From assembly GCA_040380025.1 (NCBI GenBank), contig JBEIJY010000011.1:1077-65076 (forward strand): DNA of 64,000 bases, written 5' to 3'. Under the pieces are notes generated by a model, which was not told the origin of the DNA, made no database searches, and worked only from the letters and a program-made list of their open reading frames with translations. Position 1 is the first letter of the stretch, and the number at the start of each line of letters is the position of its first letter. This stretch comes from Bdellovibrionales bacterium (GTDB taxonomy: Bacteria; Bdellovibrionota; UBA1018; CAIMNF01). The position numbers and the translations under genes are program-made. Of the stretch, positions 42,444 through 52,341 are shown in pieces.

Positions 42444-45398
42444 TTACAGCTCCTGGGTGACCATCTCGATCTGGTAGGCCTCGATGAGGTCACCGATCTT
42501 GATGTCATTGTACCCTTCGAGCCCCATCCCGCACTCGTAGCCTTGGGCGACTTCTTTTGCGTCGTCCTTGAAGCGCTTGAGCGAGTTCAGCTTGCCATCG
42601 AAGATGATGCGGCTGTCGCGGAGGAGGCGCACTTGCGCGTTCCGGACGAGCTTGCCGTCGATCACGAAGCAACCGGCCACGGTTCCCGCCTTCGGAAGAT
42701 TGAAGGTCTGACGGACTTCGGCGCGGCCGAGATACTTTTCGACCCGTTTCTTGTCGAGGAGTCCTGCCATCGAGAGTTTCACCTCGTCGATGAGCTCGTA
42801 AATGATGCTGTAGCACTTGATCTCGATGTGCTCGGCTTCGGCCAGGGCGCGTGCCTTGGTTTCAGGACGCACGTTGAAGCCGATGATCACCGCATTCGAG
42901 GCGTTGGCGAGCATCACATCGCTCTCGGTGATTCCTCCTGCAGCAGCGAGGATCACCTTGACCTTCACCTTGTCGGTCGACTGCTTGATCAGGGAGTCCC
43001 TCACCGCTTCGACCGAGCCGAACACGTCGGCCTTCAGCACGACGCGAAGCTCTTTCAGCTCGCCTGCTTGGGCGCGCGCAAAGAGGTCTTCCATCGAGGC
43101 CTTCGAACTCATTTGTTTTTTGTCGCGGGCGGCTTGCGTGCGGTGATCCACCAGGGTGGTCGCCGCGCGCTCGTCCTTCACGGCATCGAGCGGCTCTCCT
43201 GCAACCGGAACGCCATCGAGTCCCAGCACCTCGGCAGCCATGCCGGGGAGGACTTCTTTTACCGATTCGCCCAAGTGATTCGTCATCGCCTTCACGCGGC
43301 CCCACTGGGTACCGCTGACGACGATGTCGCCGATTCGAAGCGTTCCGCGGTCGACGAGCACGCTCGCCACTGGACCACGGCCCTTTTCGACCCGCGATTC
43401 AAGAACGACCCCGCGGGCCAGTCCTTTGCGCGATGCTTTCAGCTCTTGCACTTCGGCCACGAGGAGAATGCTCTCGAGGAGCTTGTCGAGATTCAGCTTT
43501 TTCAGTGCCGATACCGGCACGAAGATCGTGTCTCCGCCCCAGTCCTCGGCCAGAAGGTCGAGCTCGGATAGGCCTTGCTTGATCTTCTCGGGGTTCGCCC
43601 CCGGTTTGTCGATTTTGTTCACCGCCACGATGATCGGCACTCCGGCCGCCTTCGCGTGCGAGAGGGCCTCGCGGGTTTGCGGCATCACGCCGTCATCGGC
43701 CGAGACGACCAGGATGACGATATCGGTCGCGTTCGCGCCGCGCGCACGCATGCTCGTGAACGCCTCGTGACCGGGAGTATCGATGAAGGTGATGAGCTTG
43801 CCGTCTTTTTCGATCGTGTAGGCACCGATGTGCTGGGTGATTCCGCCGGCTTCGCCCGCGGCCACGTTGGCTTCGCGGATCGAATCAAGGAGGGTGGTCT
43901 TTCCGTGGTCGACGTGTCCCATGATCGTGACGACCGGAGGACGCGACTCGAGGTCTTCGGGCCGGTCTTCGGCACCTGTCAGCATGGCCTCTTCTTTGAA
44001 TGCCACGTTCTTCACTTCGAATTGGAACTCGGACGCCACCAGGGTCGCCGTATCGAAATCGATCGACTGGTTCATGGTCGCCATGGTTCCCATGCTCATG
44101 AGCTTTTTGATCACGTCGCCGGATTTCAGGCTCATTTGTTGCGCGAAATCCGAGACCTTGATGGTGTCGCCCATCTCGACCACGCGTTTATGGGCCGCCG
44201 CCACGGTGATTTCGGTTCTCTTCACGTCTTTGCCCACCGGCGCTTTCTTTTTCTTCGGAATGAAGATCATCTCTTTCTTCCGGTAGTCGGAGAACTTGAC
44301 GTCTTCGGGTTTGATCACGGTGTCAAAGGCCTTCGGACCGCGCTTGCGCGCCTCTTCCTCGGCCATGCGGTCGAGGTTCTCTTTGTCGACCCGTGCGAAC
44401 TTGAAGCCATCGCGATCGGACTTGAAACTGCCTTTTCCTTTGGCGTCCAGGGTCGGACCCGTGCCCGGAGCCTTGTCGGCAGGGCGGACTGCCGGTTTCG
44501 GCAGGATCTTGGGTTGTTCGATGATCCGGAGCCCGCCGCGCTTCGGGAGCGAGTCCTTCATGCTGTAGGTGGTGAGGGTCGTTTCGGTCCGGCGGATCAC
44601 CGAGGTGGTGATTTTTCCGCCTTCGGTCTTCACTTCGGTCCGTACGGTCTCGACCCGATTGCCGTCCGCGGTGCTCGATACTTTTTGTTGCACGGGAGGC
44701 GCTTCGACGATCTCGGGTTTCGCCGCCACCGGGACTTCGGGAGCAACCGGGGCCGCGACAGGTGCTACGGGCGCTTCGGGAGCCGGAGCTTCGATCACCT
44801 CTACTGCGGCGGGTTCTTCGGCCACATCAACGGCGCCGACCGGTTCCACATGCTGAGGCTCTTTCGCGAGCACCGGAGCAGGCGTAGGAGCCGGGGTCGG
44901 TGCAGGCGGAGGCGTGCTTTCGGTTCCGGTCACGGTCGAAATGGTTGAGGTCACGGTCTGGGTCGCCCCATCCGAGAGGACCCGTCTGCGGATCACCGTG
45001 GAGCTGGTCGAAGAGGTCTCGGGAGCCGACGCGGGAGGAGCGGGCGGAGCCGCCTCTTTGGTCGCAGTGACGCGCTTGCGGACCGGCTTCGCCGGAGCGG
45101 GTTTTGCCGGAACGGGTTTTGCCGTTGCCGGTTCTTCGGCCGTCGCACCGGCGGCCGTCTTGCGCGTCACGACCTTTTTTCCGGCCGCGGCAGTCGCCTT
45201 GGCAGGAGCGGCTTGCGCGCCGACACCTTTTCCTGCCTTCAGCAGGTTCCGGGCTTTTTCGGCATCGTTGTCGGCAAGCTCGCTCATGTGGTTCTTCACG
45301 TTGATGTCGATACTTTTCAGCTTGTCGACAAGCGAGATCGAATCGATTCCGAGCTCTTTGGCGAGTTCGTACACCTTGAGGGGTTCACGATCCGTCAT
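42444..45398 (-). CDS. infB: translation initiation factor IF-2 (long Pro/Ala-rich N-terminus)
   Basis: G-domain [24 protein letters not shown]. 984 aa. Confidence 0.97.
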   Translation of the reverse strand: MTDREPLKVYELAKELGIDSISLVDKLKSIDINVKNHMSELADNDAEKARNLLKAGKGVGAQAAPAKATAAAGKKVVTRKTAAGATAEEPATAKPVPAKPAPAKPVRKRVTATKEAAPPAPPASAPETSSTSSTVIRRRVLSDGATQTVTSTISTVTGTESTPPPAPTPAPTPAPVLAKEPQHVEPVGAVDVAEEPAAVEVIEAPAPEAPVAPVAAPVAPEVPVAAKPEIVEAPPVQQKVSSTADGNRVETVRTEVKTEGGKITTSVIRRTETTLTTYSMKDSLPKRGGLRIIEQPKILPKPAVRPADKAPGTGPTLDAKGKGSFKSDRDGFKFARVDKENLDRMAEEEARKRGPKAFDTVIKPEDVKFSDYRKKEMIFIPKKKKAPVGKDVKRTEITVAAAHKRVVEMGDTIKVSDFAQQMSLKSGDVIKKLMSMGTMATMNQSIDFDTATLVASEFQFEVKNVAFKEEAMLTGAEDRPEDLESRPPVVTIMGHVDHGKTTLLDSIREANVAAGEAGGITQHIGAYTIEKDGKLITFIDTPGHEAFTSMRARGANATDIVILVVSADDGVMPQTREALSHAKAAGVPIIVAVNKIDKPGANPEKIKQGLSELDLLAEDWGGDTIFVPVSALKKLNLDKLLESILLVAEVQELKASRKGLARGVVLESRVEKGRGPVASVLVDRGTLRIGDIVVSGTQWGRVKAMTNHLGESVKEVLPGMAAEVLGLDGVPVAGEPLDAVKDERAATTLVDHRTQAARDKKQMSSKASMEDLFARAQAGELKELRVVLKADVFGSVEAVRDSLIKQSTDKVKVKVILAAAGGITESDVMLANASNAVIIGFNVRPETKARALAEAEHIEIKCYSIIYELIDEVKLSMAGLLDKKRVEKYLGRAEVRQTFNLPKAGTVAGCFVIDGKLVRNAQVRLLRDSRIIFDGKLNSLKRFKDDAKEVAQGYECGMGLEGYNDIKIGDLIEAYQIEMVTQEL

Positions 45399-46783
45399 TC
45401 AGTGGTTCCTCCGGCAGAAGCGCCTTCTGCTTGTTGAATCATTTCTTTCAGTTTCTCGGATGCGACGGCTTTGGCGTCGTTCTCGGGGGTGATCGTCGTG
45501 GTTACGGTCTGGACGCCGTTCACGAACGAGGCGCCTTCTTCGACGAGGGCCTGGGCTCTCGCCTTCAGGCGCTCGGCCACTTCGCGGTCTTCAAAGCCGG
45601 GCACCTTGAAGATCGTCTCGGGTGCGGTTTCGGCGAACTGGCGGATGTTCAGCACACCGACCTGGGCCAGCGCACGAGCTTGGGTGTCGCCCATGCCTTC
45701 GATCATCATCAGGTTCGCGATCGCATCGGCAACCCGCTTCTGGAGCTTGGTTTTCGAGATGATGTCGAGCTTCCAGCCGGTGATCTGGGCCGCGAGCCTT
45801 ACGTTCTGGCCGCGTTTTCCGATCGCAAGCGAAAGCTGGGTGTCTTCGACCATGATCTCCATCGACTTGTTGCGCTCATCGATGCGAATCGACGAGATTT
45901 CGGCCGGCGAGAGCGCCGAACGGGCAAATACCATCGGGTTGTCGGACCAGGGGATGATGTCGATTTTTTCGCCCTTCAGTTCTTGAATGACCTGCTGGAC
46001 GCGGACCCCTTTCATGCCGACGCACGCGCCGACCGGGTCGATGTCGCGATCTTTCGAGATCACGGCCATTTTCGCGCGGGAGCCCGGCTCGCGCGCGCAT
46101 TGCTTGATTTCGATGATTCCGTCGCGGATCTCGGGTACTTCCTGCTCGAACAGCTTCATCAGGTACTTTGGATTCGTGCGGCTGATGTAGAGGGTGGGGC
46201 CCTTGGTCGTCGTCATGACGTCGATCAGGATCGCCTGGACGCGATCGCCGGGCTTGTAGTTCTCGCCCGGGATGATCTCGTTGCGGGGCATGTGGGCCTC
46301 GGTCTTGCCGAGGTCGATCACGAGGCTTCCGCGCTCCATCCGGCGGGCAATCCCCGAGACGATCTCGCCGCGGAGCGGGAGGAACTCGTTGAAGATGATG
46401 TCGCGCTCGGCTTCGCGGACTTTCTGGAAGATGATTTGTTTTGCCGTCTGCGCATCGACACGGCCGAAGTGCGGAGTCTCGACTTTCACGCCGAGCTCAT
46501 CGCCGATCTGGGCCTGCGGATCGAGTTCGAGTGCGTCCTGGATCTTGATTTCCTCGGATTCCTCGAGCATCTCGTCATCGCTGTCGACCACTTTTTTGAA
46601 GAGGTACAGATCGACATCGCCCGATTCCTCGTTGTAGTGGGCCTCGAGGATGGCATGGGGTCCGTATTTTTTTTGTGCGGCCGCAAGGACGGCCTGTTCG
46701 ATCGCGCTCACGATGATTTCGCGCTTGATTCCGCGGTCCCGGCCTACCGATTCAATGACTCGACTCAATTCACTCAGGTTCAT
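45395..46783 (-). CDS. nusA: transcription termination/antitermination factor NusA
   Basis: S1 and KH domains (AVISKDRDIDPVGACVG..G.RVQ). SD AAGGAG. Confidence 0.97.
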   Translation of the reverse strand: MNLSELSRVIESVGRDRGIKREIIVSAIEQAVLAAAQKKYGPHAILEAHYNEESGDVDLYLFKKVVDSDDEMLEESEEIKIQDALELDPQAQIGDELGVKVETPHFGRVDAQTAKQIIFQKVREAERDIIFNEFLPLRGEIVSGIARRMERGSLVIDLGKTEAHMPRNEIIPGENYKPGDRVQAILIDVMTTTKGPTLYISRTNPKYLMKLFEQEVPEIRDGIIEIKQCAREPGSRAKMAVISKDRDIDPVGACVGMKGVRVQQVIQELKGEKIDIIPWSDNPMVFARSALSPAEISSIRIDERNKSMEIMVEDTQLSLAIGKRGQNVRLAAQITGWKLDIISKTKLQKRVADAIANLMMIEGMGDTQARALAQVGVLNIRQFAETAPETIFKVPGFEDREVAERLKARAQALVEEGASFVNGVQTVTTTITPENDAKAVASEKLKEMIQQAEGASAGGTTE

Positions 46784-46797
46784 GGCTCTGGTTCTCC

Positions 46798-47442
46798 TTA
46801 CCGTTCCAGTCCCCGGACTTCGCGCTCGAGGTTCGCCTTCGCCACCAGGTCATGGGGCACGCGAATCCGAGCCTCGGGTCGGGGCTGGTTCTTTTTGTTC
46901 GTGGGTTTGCCGCGGGTCCCGTCTTCGGGAATGATCCCGAAAAGAATCGCGCGGGATTCGGGATCGTATCCGCGGAGGATCCCGTAAAAGTTTTTTTGTT
47001 TCGGATTTTTTGCCGAATATTCGTCGTTTCCGGACTCTTCGGCCGTCAGGGGGCGGAAGGTCGAAATGCGGGCGATCTCGCCCTCGTAGCGGGTGAAGTC
47101 AGAAGGCTTGCGAAGCGGCCGGTCGATGCCGGGCGAGGAGACTTCCAGGTCGTACGGCCCCTGGAACAGCTGGGCCACATCGGGCTGGCTTTCGAGGGGC
47201 TGGTCGAGCTCGCGGGTGGCGCGGACGCAGTCTTCGATCGTGATGCCTTCTTCAGAAGGTGGCAATAAGTCGATGAAAATACAGAGCTTTTTTTCGCGGT
47301 GGTTGACGATTTCGATCGCCACGAGCTCGTACCCGATCGTGGCCAGAGTGCTCTCCAAAAACGCAATCAGCCTGGTCTCGGGAGTGGTGCCCGAGGCCTG
47401 GGGGGAGGCGTCTGCTGAGAAGGTCGTATTTGAGTTCATCAT
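46798..47442 (-). CDS. rimP: ribosome maturation factor RimP (with N- and C-terminal extensions)
   Basis: GYELV..E......K.L.IFID.....I...DC and LEVSSPGIDRPL motifs. Confidence 0.85.
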   Translation of the reverse strand: MMNSNTTFSADASPQASGTTPETRLIAFLESTLATIGYELVAIEIVNHREKKLCIFIDLLPPSEEGITIEDCVRATRELDQPLESQPDVAQLFQGPYDLEVSSPGIDRPLRKPSDFTRYEGEIARISTFRPLTAEESGNDEYSAKNPKQKNFYGILRGYDPESRAILFGIIPEDGTRGKPTNKKNQPRPEARIRVPHDLVAKANLEREVRGLER

Positions 47443-47462
47443 CCTTAAACCGGCCGAGAATC

Positions 47463-47492
47463 AAAAAAAAAGCGGGATCGATCGAACCCGCT
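47463..47492 (-). terminator. intrinsic terminator inside the rimP-nusA-infB leader (attenuator candidate)
   Basis: Minus strand reads AGCGGG-TTCGATCGAT-CCCGCT followed by U9, 20 nt upstream of the rimP ATG. Confidence 0.7.
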
Positions 47493-47523
47493 TGCATGCT
47501 TTTGAATTTTCGGATCTGGCCGA

Positions 47524-47553
47524 TTTATACTTCAATCGGGGTCGGGTTTTCAA
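47524..47553 (-). promoter_or_regulatory. candidate promoter TTGAAA-18-TATAAA for the rimP operon
   Basis: -35 at 47553-47548 and -10 at 47529-47524 on the minus strand, upstream of the leader terminator. Confidence 0.45.
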
Positions 47554-47710
47554 GGAAAAACGGGCGTCAGGGGGGCTCGGGGGGTGTTTTTGTTATACTG
47601 ATTTAGTTGTTTCTGGTGATTTATTGACTCAATTAATCAGTTTTTATTGTCATCCGGATCAAAAGGCTTTTTAATGAAATAGGACGGGGTTTGTGCAAGG
47701 GGGATAGCTC

Positions 47711-50317
47711 ATGAGTCACACCAAAACAGTTCTGGTTTTCGTGACGATCGGAATGATCGGAACGGCGAGTCCTTCGCACGGGGAGACGCCCGGGTTCTCG
47801 ATTCCCGAGGTCCCCCCCACGCAGCTCGTGCTGGGTGCGCTTTCGAGCGCGGTCGCCGAACAGTTGCGCGCGTGCCAGGCCGATCGGAATGCCGTCATCT
47901 CTGCCGACGAGGCACTGAAAATCGCCAACGATGCGTACAGCAAAAAGGCTGGTAAAAAGAACAAAAAAACCAAAGACTGTTATGGCGCTGACGACGAAAA
48001 GATAAACAACAATAAAAAATCCAGAGAGAAAAAAACCAAATTCTCGTGTTCCATGTCGTGCGAGGCACCAGACTTGGGGGCGAGTCCTTCGTGTGACCAA
48101 TATTTCGGAAATGCGACCGGTAAAGTGAACAAAGACGCGCTCGAAAAAGGACTCGACGCGATTTTGAGCGATCGCAAAAAGTACGAGACCTACCTCGCGT
48201 TCCAAGAATTCAAACTCGCAGAGTGCGAGGAAGGCGATAAAAAACTGTTGGATGTCGAGAAGGAGTATCTTCAGTGCCAGCTAAAGGTTCTCGCGAACGC
48301 TTCGAAGGTGGCCGGAGAAGAGCTCATCAAGGCGATCAACGCGAATCAGGTGACCGCGAAGGGCTACGACCAGGCCGTGAACGGCGTTCAGCAACAGTTG
48401 GGCCAGGTGGTTCAGGTTCTCGGGGACGATCCGGATGACCCCGTGACCAAGATGGGAGGAGATTCAAGCGCCCAGTTCGGGGGCTTGTTCGGCATTCAAA
48501 AGCGACTGCAGGAAGGCCTCTCGAAGTGGAATGCCCTCGAGAAGGGGACGGGCGAAGGAGGCGGCTACATCTCGAAAGTGGCGCGGATCGGTCGAATGCC
48601 CGCCATCATTGAGCAAAAGCTCGAAGCCCGACGAATGCAGGCGGTCGGCAAGTGCATGGTCGCAGATGCGGGCGGTCCCGGGGCGGCCGGTTCGTACACC
48701 TGTCGGGTCAATGAGGGGAATCGGTTTGTTAACAAGCCTTGCGGGGCCATGCAGTACATCGAGACCCTTCTGCGTCAGGCGGCCTTTCAGGATTCCAAAG
48801 GGAACATCATCAAGGCATCGTCGCAGCGGATTCAGGCCGCCGATCGATTCGGCAATGTGTTTCAGCAAATTCAGGGCGAGTTGGCCGGGGCGTTTAGCCT
48901 GAATTCGGGAGGCGGTGCTGCCGAGGAAGATAACCTCGCGCCGCAGTTCACCTCATGGGATCAGCTCCCGCGCGGAGTCCGGACCCGCATTGATCAGCTT
49001 CAGAGCGAGCTGAAAAAACGCGGCATCCGGTTTGATTTCAAAACAAAGCTGACCCAGGTCGCACAAACCTGTTTTCGTCTGGGAGACAATTTGCGCGCCC
49101 GCGAAAAATCCCTGGGGTCGGATTCTGCCTTCCAGCGCGACCTCGAAAAATACAGCGACGACAGGATTGCTTTGGCCGGAGAGATTCAGAATTCGCTGAA
49201 CGAGGTTCGGGATGCGTACTCGCAGTCCATGGCGGTTTTGAGCAATGATGCGATCGCCGCGGGTCTTGATCTTTCGAAGTGCACCCAGGGCGACCCTGTG
49301 GCCCTCTTGAATTGTTTTTCGAGGGTTCGGCAGGGCGTTCAGGGTTTGAAGGACGGAACGGGTGTGGCGCCGATGTCGCGGGTGATTCGCGGGCTTCCGG
49401 CTCCGCCGCCGTTCGGAGTGCCGAATTTTACGGTAAACTGCAAAGGGATCGATTCGTGCGTGACGGTCTTTAGCAAGGTGCGAAGGAATCTAAAAGAGGT
49501 CGTTCAGCAAACCGTGAACGCCCGGGCCCAGTATGTGAACAACGGAAACCAGGGCATTCGGGCCAAGATCGGGGAATTCGGACAATTCTTGGGTTCGCTC
49601 CAGGCGCAGGCCGATGCCCAGTACAAGATCGTTGCCGGCCTTTTGACCAAGGTCGGCGGCAAGAACATCCCCGATGCTCTGAATCGGGTCAAAGAGCAAG
49701 AGCCTCTGAGCGAGGATTGCCCGGAGGGGGCCTTGAAGCCATGCCCTGTGAATCTGCCCAAGAACGCGAATCAAGTTCTGGCGGGTGTGGTACAGCCGGG
49801 CGGGCTGATCGATTTTGGCGACACCGGCTTGAACGCGGCGCTCGCCGATGCGGCAGAAGCGATTCAAGAAAAGAAAAAAGACTCGAAAGAAGGCTTGGAG
49901 CCCTACACCGAGAGGGCCGACAAGCTGAGCGATTTAAGGAAGGACTGTTATGACCAGTACGCGCCGGACAATGTCAAGAATGAGCCGGGGGTGTCGTGCG
50001 AGGAGTTTTTGAATGCGTGTGAAAAAACAACAGTAGTTGCTTCTCAGGGTAATCAGACCCTTGAGCAACTCATCATTAGTATTGAGGATGGACTGGTCGC
50101 TTTGTCCGGAGAATCTACTACGGAGAGCGAAGCTAGCGCCACAAACCAAGCGAACCGGAAGATCTTTGCAGATGTGAAAGAAGCTTTGACTAAAGTGAAT
50201 GCTGCCCAAAAGTGCACCAATGAGGCAATTCGTGCCTGCCAGCAATCCGTGGCAGGAAAAGCCAACCAATTCGAGGCAGATCGCGCGGAGCGGAACAGAA
50301 CTGTTGAGGCCAAATAG
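47711..50317 (+). CDS. large secreted protein, mostly helical/coiled-coil, function unknown
   Basis: 868 aa. Signal-peptide-like MSHTKTVLVFVTIGMIGTASPSHG. Lys-rich AT-rich insert near 47940-48060. No recognisable domain. Confidence 0.7.
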   Translation: MSHTKTVLVFVTIGMIGTASPSHGETPGFSIPEVPPTQLVLGALSSAVAEQLRACQADRNAVISADEALKIANDAYSKKAGKKNKKTKDCYGADDEKINNNKKSREKKTKFSCSMSCEAPDLGASPSCDQYFGNATGKVNKDALEKGLDAILSDRKKYETYLAFQEFKLAECEEGDKKLLDVEKEYLQCQLKVLANASKVAGEELIKAINANQVTAKGYDQAVNGVQQQLGQVVQVLGDDPDDPVTKMGGDSSAQFGGLFGIQKRLQEGLSKWNALEKGTGEGGGYISKVARIGRMPAIIEQKLEARRMQAVGKCMVADAGGPGAAGSYTCRVNEGNRFVNKPCGAMQYIETLLRQAAFQDSKGNIIKASSQRIQAADRFGNVFQQIQGELAGAFSLNSGGGAAEEDNLAPQFTSWDQLPRGVRTRIDQLQSELKKRGIRFDFKTKLTQVAQTCFRLGDNLRAREKSLGSDSAFQRDLEKYSDDRIALAGEIQNSLNEVRDAYSQSMAVLSNDAIAAGLDLSKCTQGDPVALLNCFSRVRQGVQGLKDGTGVAPMSRVIRGLPAPPPFGVPNFTVNCKGIDSCVTVFSKVRRNLKEVVQQTVNARAQYVNNGNQGIRAKIGEFGQFLGSLQAQADAQYKIVAGLLTKVGGKNIPDALNRVKEQEPLSEDCPEGALKPCPVNLPKNANQVLAGVVQPGGLIDFGDTGLNAALADAAEAIQEKKKDSKEGLEPYTERADKLSDLRKDCYDQYAPDNVKNEPGVSCEEFLNACEKTTVVASQGNQTLEQLIISIEDGLVALSGESTTESEASATNQANRKIFADVKEALTKVNAAQKCTNEAIRACQQSVAGKANQFEADRAERNRTVEAK

Positions 50318-50420
50318 GGACTTGGTTTTCTGTCCCACTTGACAGTTTTGGTTGGTTTCGGTAACCCTTAAGGGATGCGGGCTTATCATCCCCGCGGGAA
50401 AGGAAACAGAACACACTCAA

Positions 50421-51098
50421 ATGGCATTGAAAACCAACAACCCCACTCCTCCGACAGGCGGGGTGATTACCCCGAACACCTCCGGGACCTCCTCCCGTCC
50501 CAGCGGAACCTTCCAAACCCGATCCCCAGGCGCAAGGCCTTACCCTCCCCGGGATCGCAACTTCAACAAAGACGACAAAGACGATGTCCGATTGAACGAG
50601 CGCATCCGCGTTCCCCAGGTCCGTCTGATCGACGAAAACGGCGGGCAGGTCGGCATTGTTCCGACCCATCAAGCCCTGCAAATGGCCCGCGACAAGGGCC
50701 TCGACCTCATGGAGGTCGCGGCGAACGCGTCTCCGCCGGTTTGCAAAATCTGCGATTACGGCAAGTTCAAATACGAAAAGAAAAAGAAAGAAGCCCAGGC
50801 TCGCAAGAACCAGGTGGTGGTCAAGGTAAAAGAAGTCCAGCTCCGTCCCAACACCGACGAGCATGACCTCTCGTACAAGATCAAAAACGCCCAGGAGTTC
50901 ATCGAAGAGGGCGACAAGGTGAAGTTCACGATCCTCTTCCGGGGCCGCGAAATCGCCCACACCGAACCCGGCTTCAAGATGTGCAAAGAAGTGATCGAGC
51001 GCATCGGCGAGGCCGCGATCGTCGAGCTTCATCCGAAGCTCGAGGGAAAGAAGCTCATGATGATTCTTTCGCCGAATCCCGCGTTCAAGAAGAAGTAA
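50421..51098 (+). CDS. infC: translation initiation factor IF-3 with ~45-aa Pro/Thr/Ser-rich N-terminal extension
   Basis: RLNERIRVPQVRLIDENG..VG and the rest of a canonical IF-3. ATG 50421 chosen within track ORF 50352..51098. Confidence 0.9.
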   Translation: MALKTNNPTPPTGGVITPNTSGTSSRPSGTFQTRSPGARPYPPRDRNFNKDDKDDVRLNERIRVPQVRLIDENGGQVGIVPTHQALQMARDKGLDLMEVAANASPPVCKICDYGKFKYEKKKKEAQARKNQVVVKVKEVQLRPNTDEHDLSYKIKNAQEFIEEGDKVKFTILFRGREIAHTEPGFKMCKEVIERIGEAAIVELHPKLEGKKLMMILSPNPAFKKK

Positions 51099-51127
51099 CC
51101 TGAAAACGAAAACACTCGACCCTTTGC

Positions 51128-51583
51128 GTGTCCTGCCTTATTCTTTTGGATATGGCAGGACACGATTCGTTTGAAGCCCCGGCAGAGGCCGTAAAAGAAC
51201 TAAAAGACACCGCCCTTGCGGTGGCGAATTCGGTGGATTCCAACACCTTCGCAAACCCAATCCCGAACCCCGTCGCCAAAATCGGCGCCACCCTCATTCA
51301 AGATCACGACTTCACCTCCTCGGTTCTGCAGATGGCCGACCTCGGAACCGTGGGCCAGTTCCTGGCGGTCGAGTTCGTGCTCGTGCTCGCCCTATGGGGG
51401 TTCCGGGCCAAGAAGCTCGCACAACTAGAAACATTGCCCAAAAAAATGCTCGCCCAGGCCTGGATCTCGGGACTCTACTGGCTTCTTGCCATCGGAATCG
51501 TGCCCGGGCTCGTGTGGGGCAAGGCATTTTGGACCGCGATCGGCCACTTCATGAGGGTCGCGCTCCGTCAGATTCTGGTATAA
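51128..51583 (+). CDS. hypothetical membrane protein inserted between infC and rpmI
   Basis: 151-aa ORF (GTG 51128 or ATG 51152) with two or three hydrophobic helices in the C-terminal half and coding-like codon usage. Confidence 0.45.
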   Translation: MSCLILLDMAGHDSFEAPAEAVKELKDTALAVANSVDSNTFANPIPNPVAKIGATLIQDHDFTSSVLQMADLGTVGQFLAVEFVLVLALWGFRAKKLAQLETLPKKMLAQAWISGLYWLLAIGIVPGLVWGKAFWTAIGHFMRVALRQILV

Positions 51584-51633
51584 AAAAATCATCCTTGAAT
51601 CCCGTTCTGTTTTTTAGTAGGCTCTGACGCTCT

Positions 51634-51831
51634 ATGAAATTGAAAACCAAAAAAGCAGCAGCCAAGCGATTCAGCTTCTCTGCGACCGGCAAAGTGAAGT
51701 TCCGTCGCGCGGGCCGTCGCCACATCCTCAGCAAGAAATCCAACGTCAAGATGCTCGCCCTCCGCGCGGATGGCTACATGACCGACGGGGATTCCAAGCA
51801 CGTCAGGAAGTGCATGCCCTACGGCGAATGA
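51634..51831 (+). CDS. rpmI: 50S ribosomal protein L35
   Basis: MKLKTKKAAAKRF..T..GK......G..H canonical. Confidence 0.9.
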   Translation: MKLKTKKAAAKRFSFSATGKVKFRRAGRRHILSKKSNVKMLALRADGYMTDGDSKHVRKCMPYGE

Positions 51832-51879
51832 GCCAAAGGGTCGAACGGGCTGAACAGTTTTATTGACTAAGGAGTAACT

Positions 51880-52242
51880 ATGCCTCGCGCAAAACGTGGA
51901 TTTAAACGTCGTCGTCGTCACAATAAGATCAGAAACAAAGCAGAAGGCTTTGTTCTGGGACTGGGTAGCCAGATCCGCAGAACTTCCGAAGCCGTCGATC
52001 GCGCGGGCGTGTATGCCTATCGCGACCGTCGCGTGAAGAAACGCGACTTCCGCACTCTCTGGATCGCCCGCCTGTCGGCCGCTTCCAATGGTGCTGATAT
52101 CAGCTACAGCCGTCTCGTATCGGCGCTCAAAAAAGCAAAGGTTCTTCTGAACCGCAAGATGCTTTCTGAGATCGCGATCCATGATCCGAAGGCTTTCGAA
52201 GCCATCGTGAATCAGGTTCGTACGCTTGCTCCGGCGATCTAA
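51880..52242 (+). CDS. rplT: 50S ribosomal protein L20
   Basis: MPRAKRG...RRRHKKI...A.G canonical. Confidence 0.95.
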   Translation: MPRAKRGFKRRRRHNKIRNKAEGFVLGLGSQIRRTSEAVDRAGVYAYRDRRVKKRDFRTLWIARLSAASNGADISYSRLVSALKKAKVLLNRKMLSEIAIHDPKAFEAIVNQVRTLAPAI

Positions 52243-52258
52243 GGCCGATCAAAGTCAC

Positions 52259-52277
52259 TTCGGGCCTAAGGCCCGAA
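52259..52277 (+). terminator. hairpin TTCGGGCC-TAA-GGCCCGAA after rplT
   Basis: 8-bp stem. The U-tract is delayed (AATACTGAATTTTTT), so this may be only a partial terminator. Confidence 0.4.
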
Positions 52278-52341
52278 AATACTGAATTTTTTGCAAAGGC
52301 TCCTTCAATTTGAACGGGGCCTTTGCTATTTTCACGGCACA

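Noticed and set aside
52278-52341. A possible pheST attenuator: a second hairpin GCAAAGGC...GCCTTTGC followed by TATTTT, and an upstream TTG-initiated extension of pheS.
   Set aside because: There is no Phe-rich leader peptide as in the E. coli pheL paradigm, the U-tract is poor, and the TTG extension (MQRLLQFERGLCYFHGT) is not conserved-looking. It is treated as ordinary intergenic structure.
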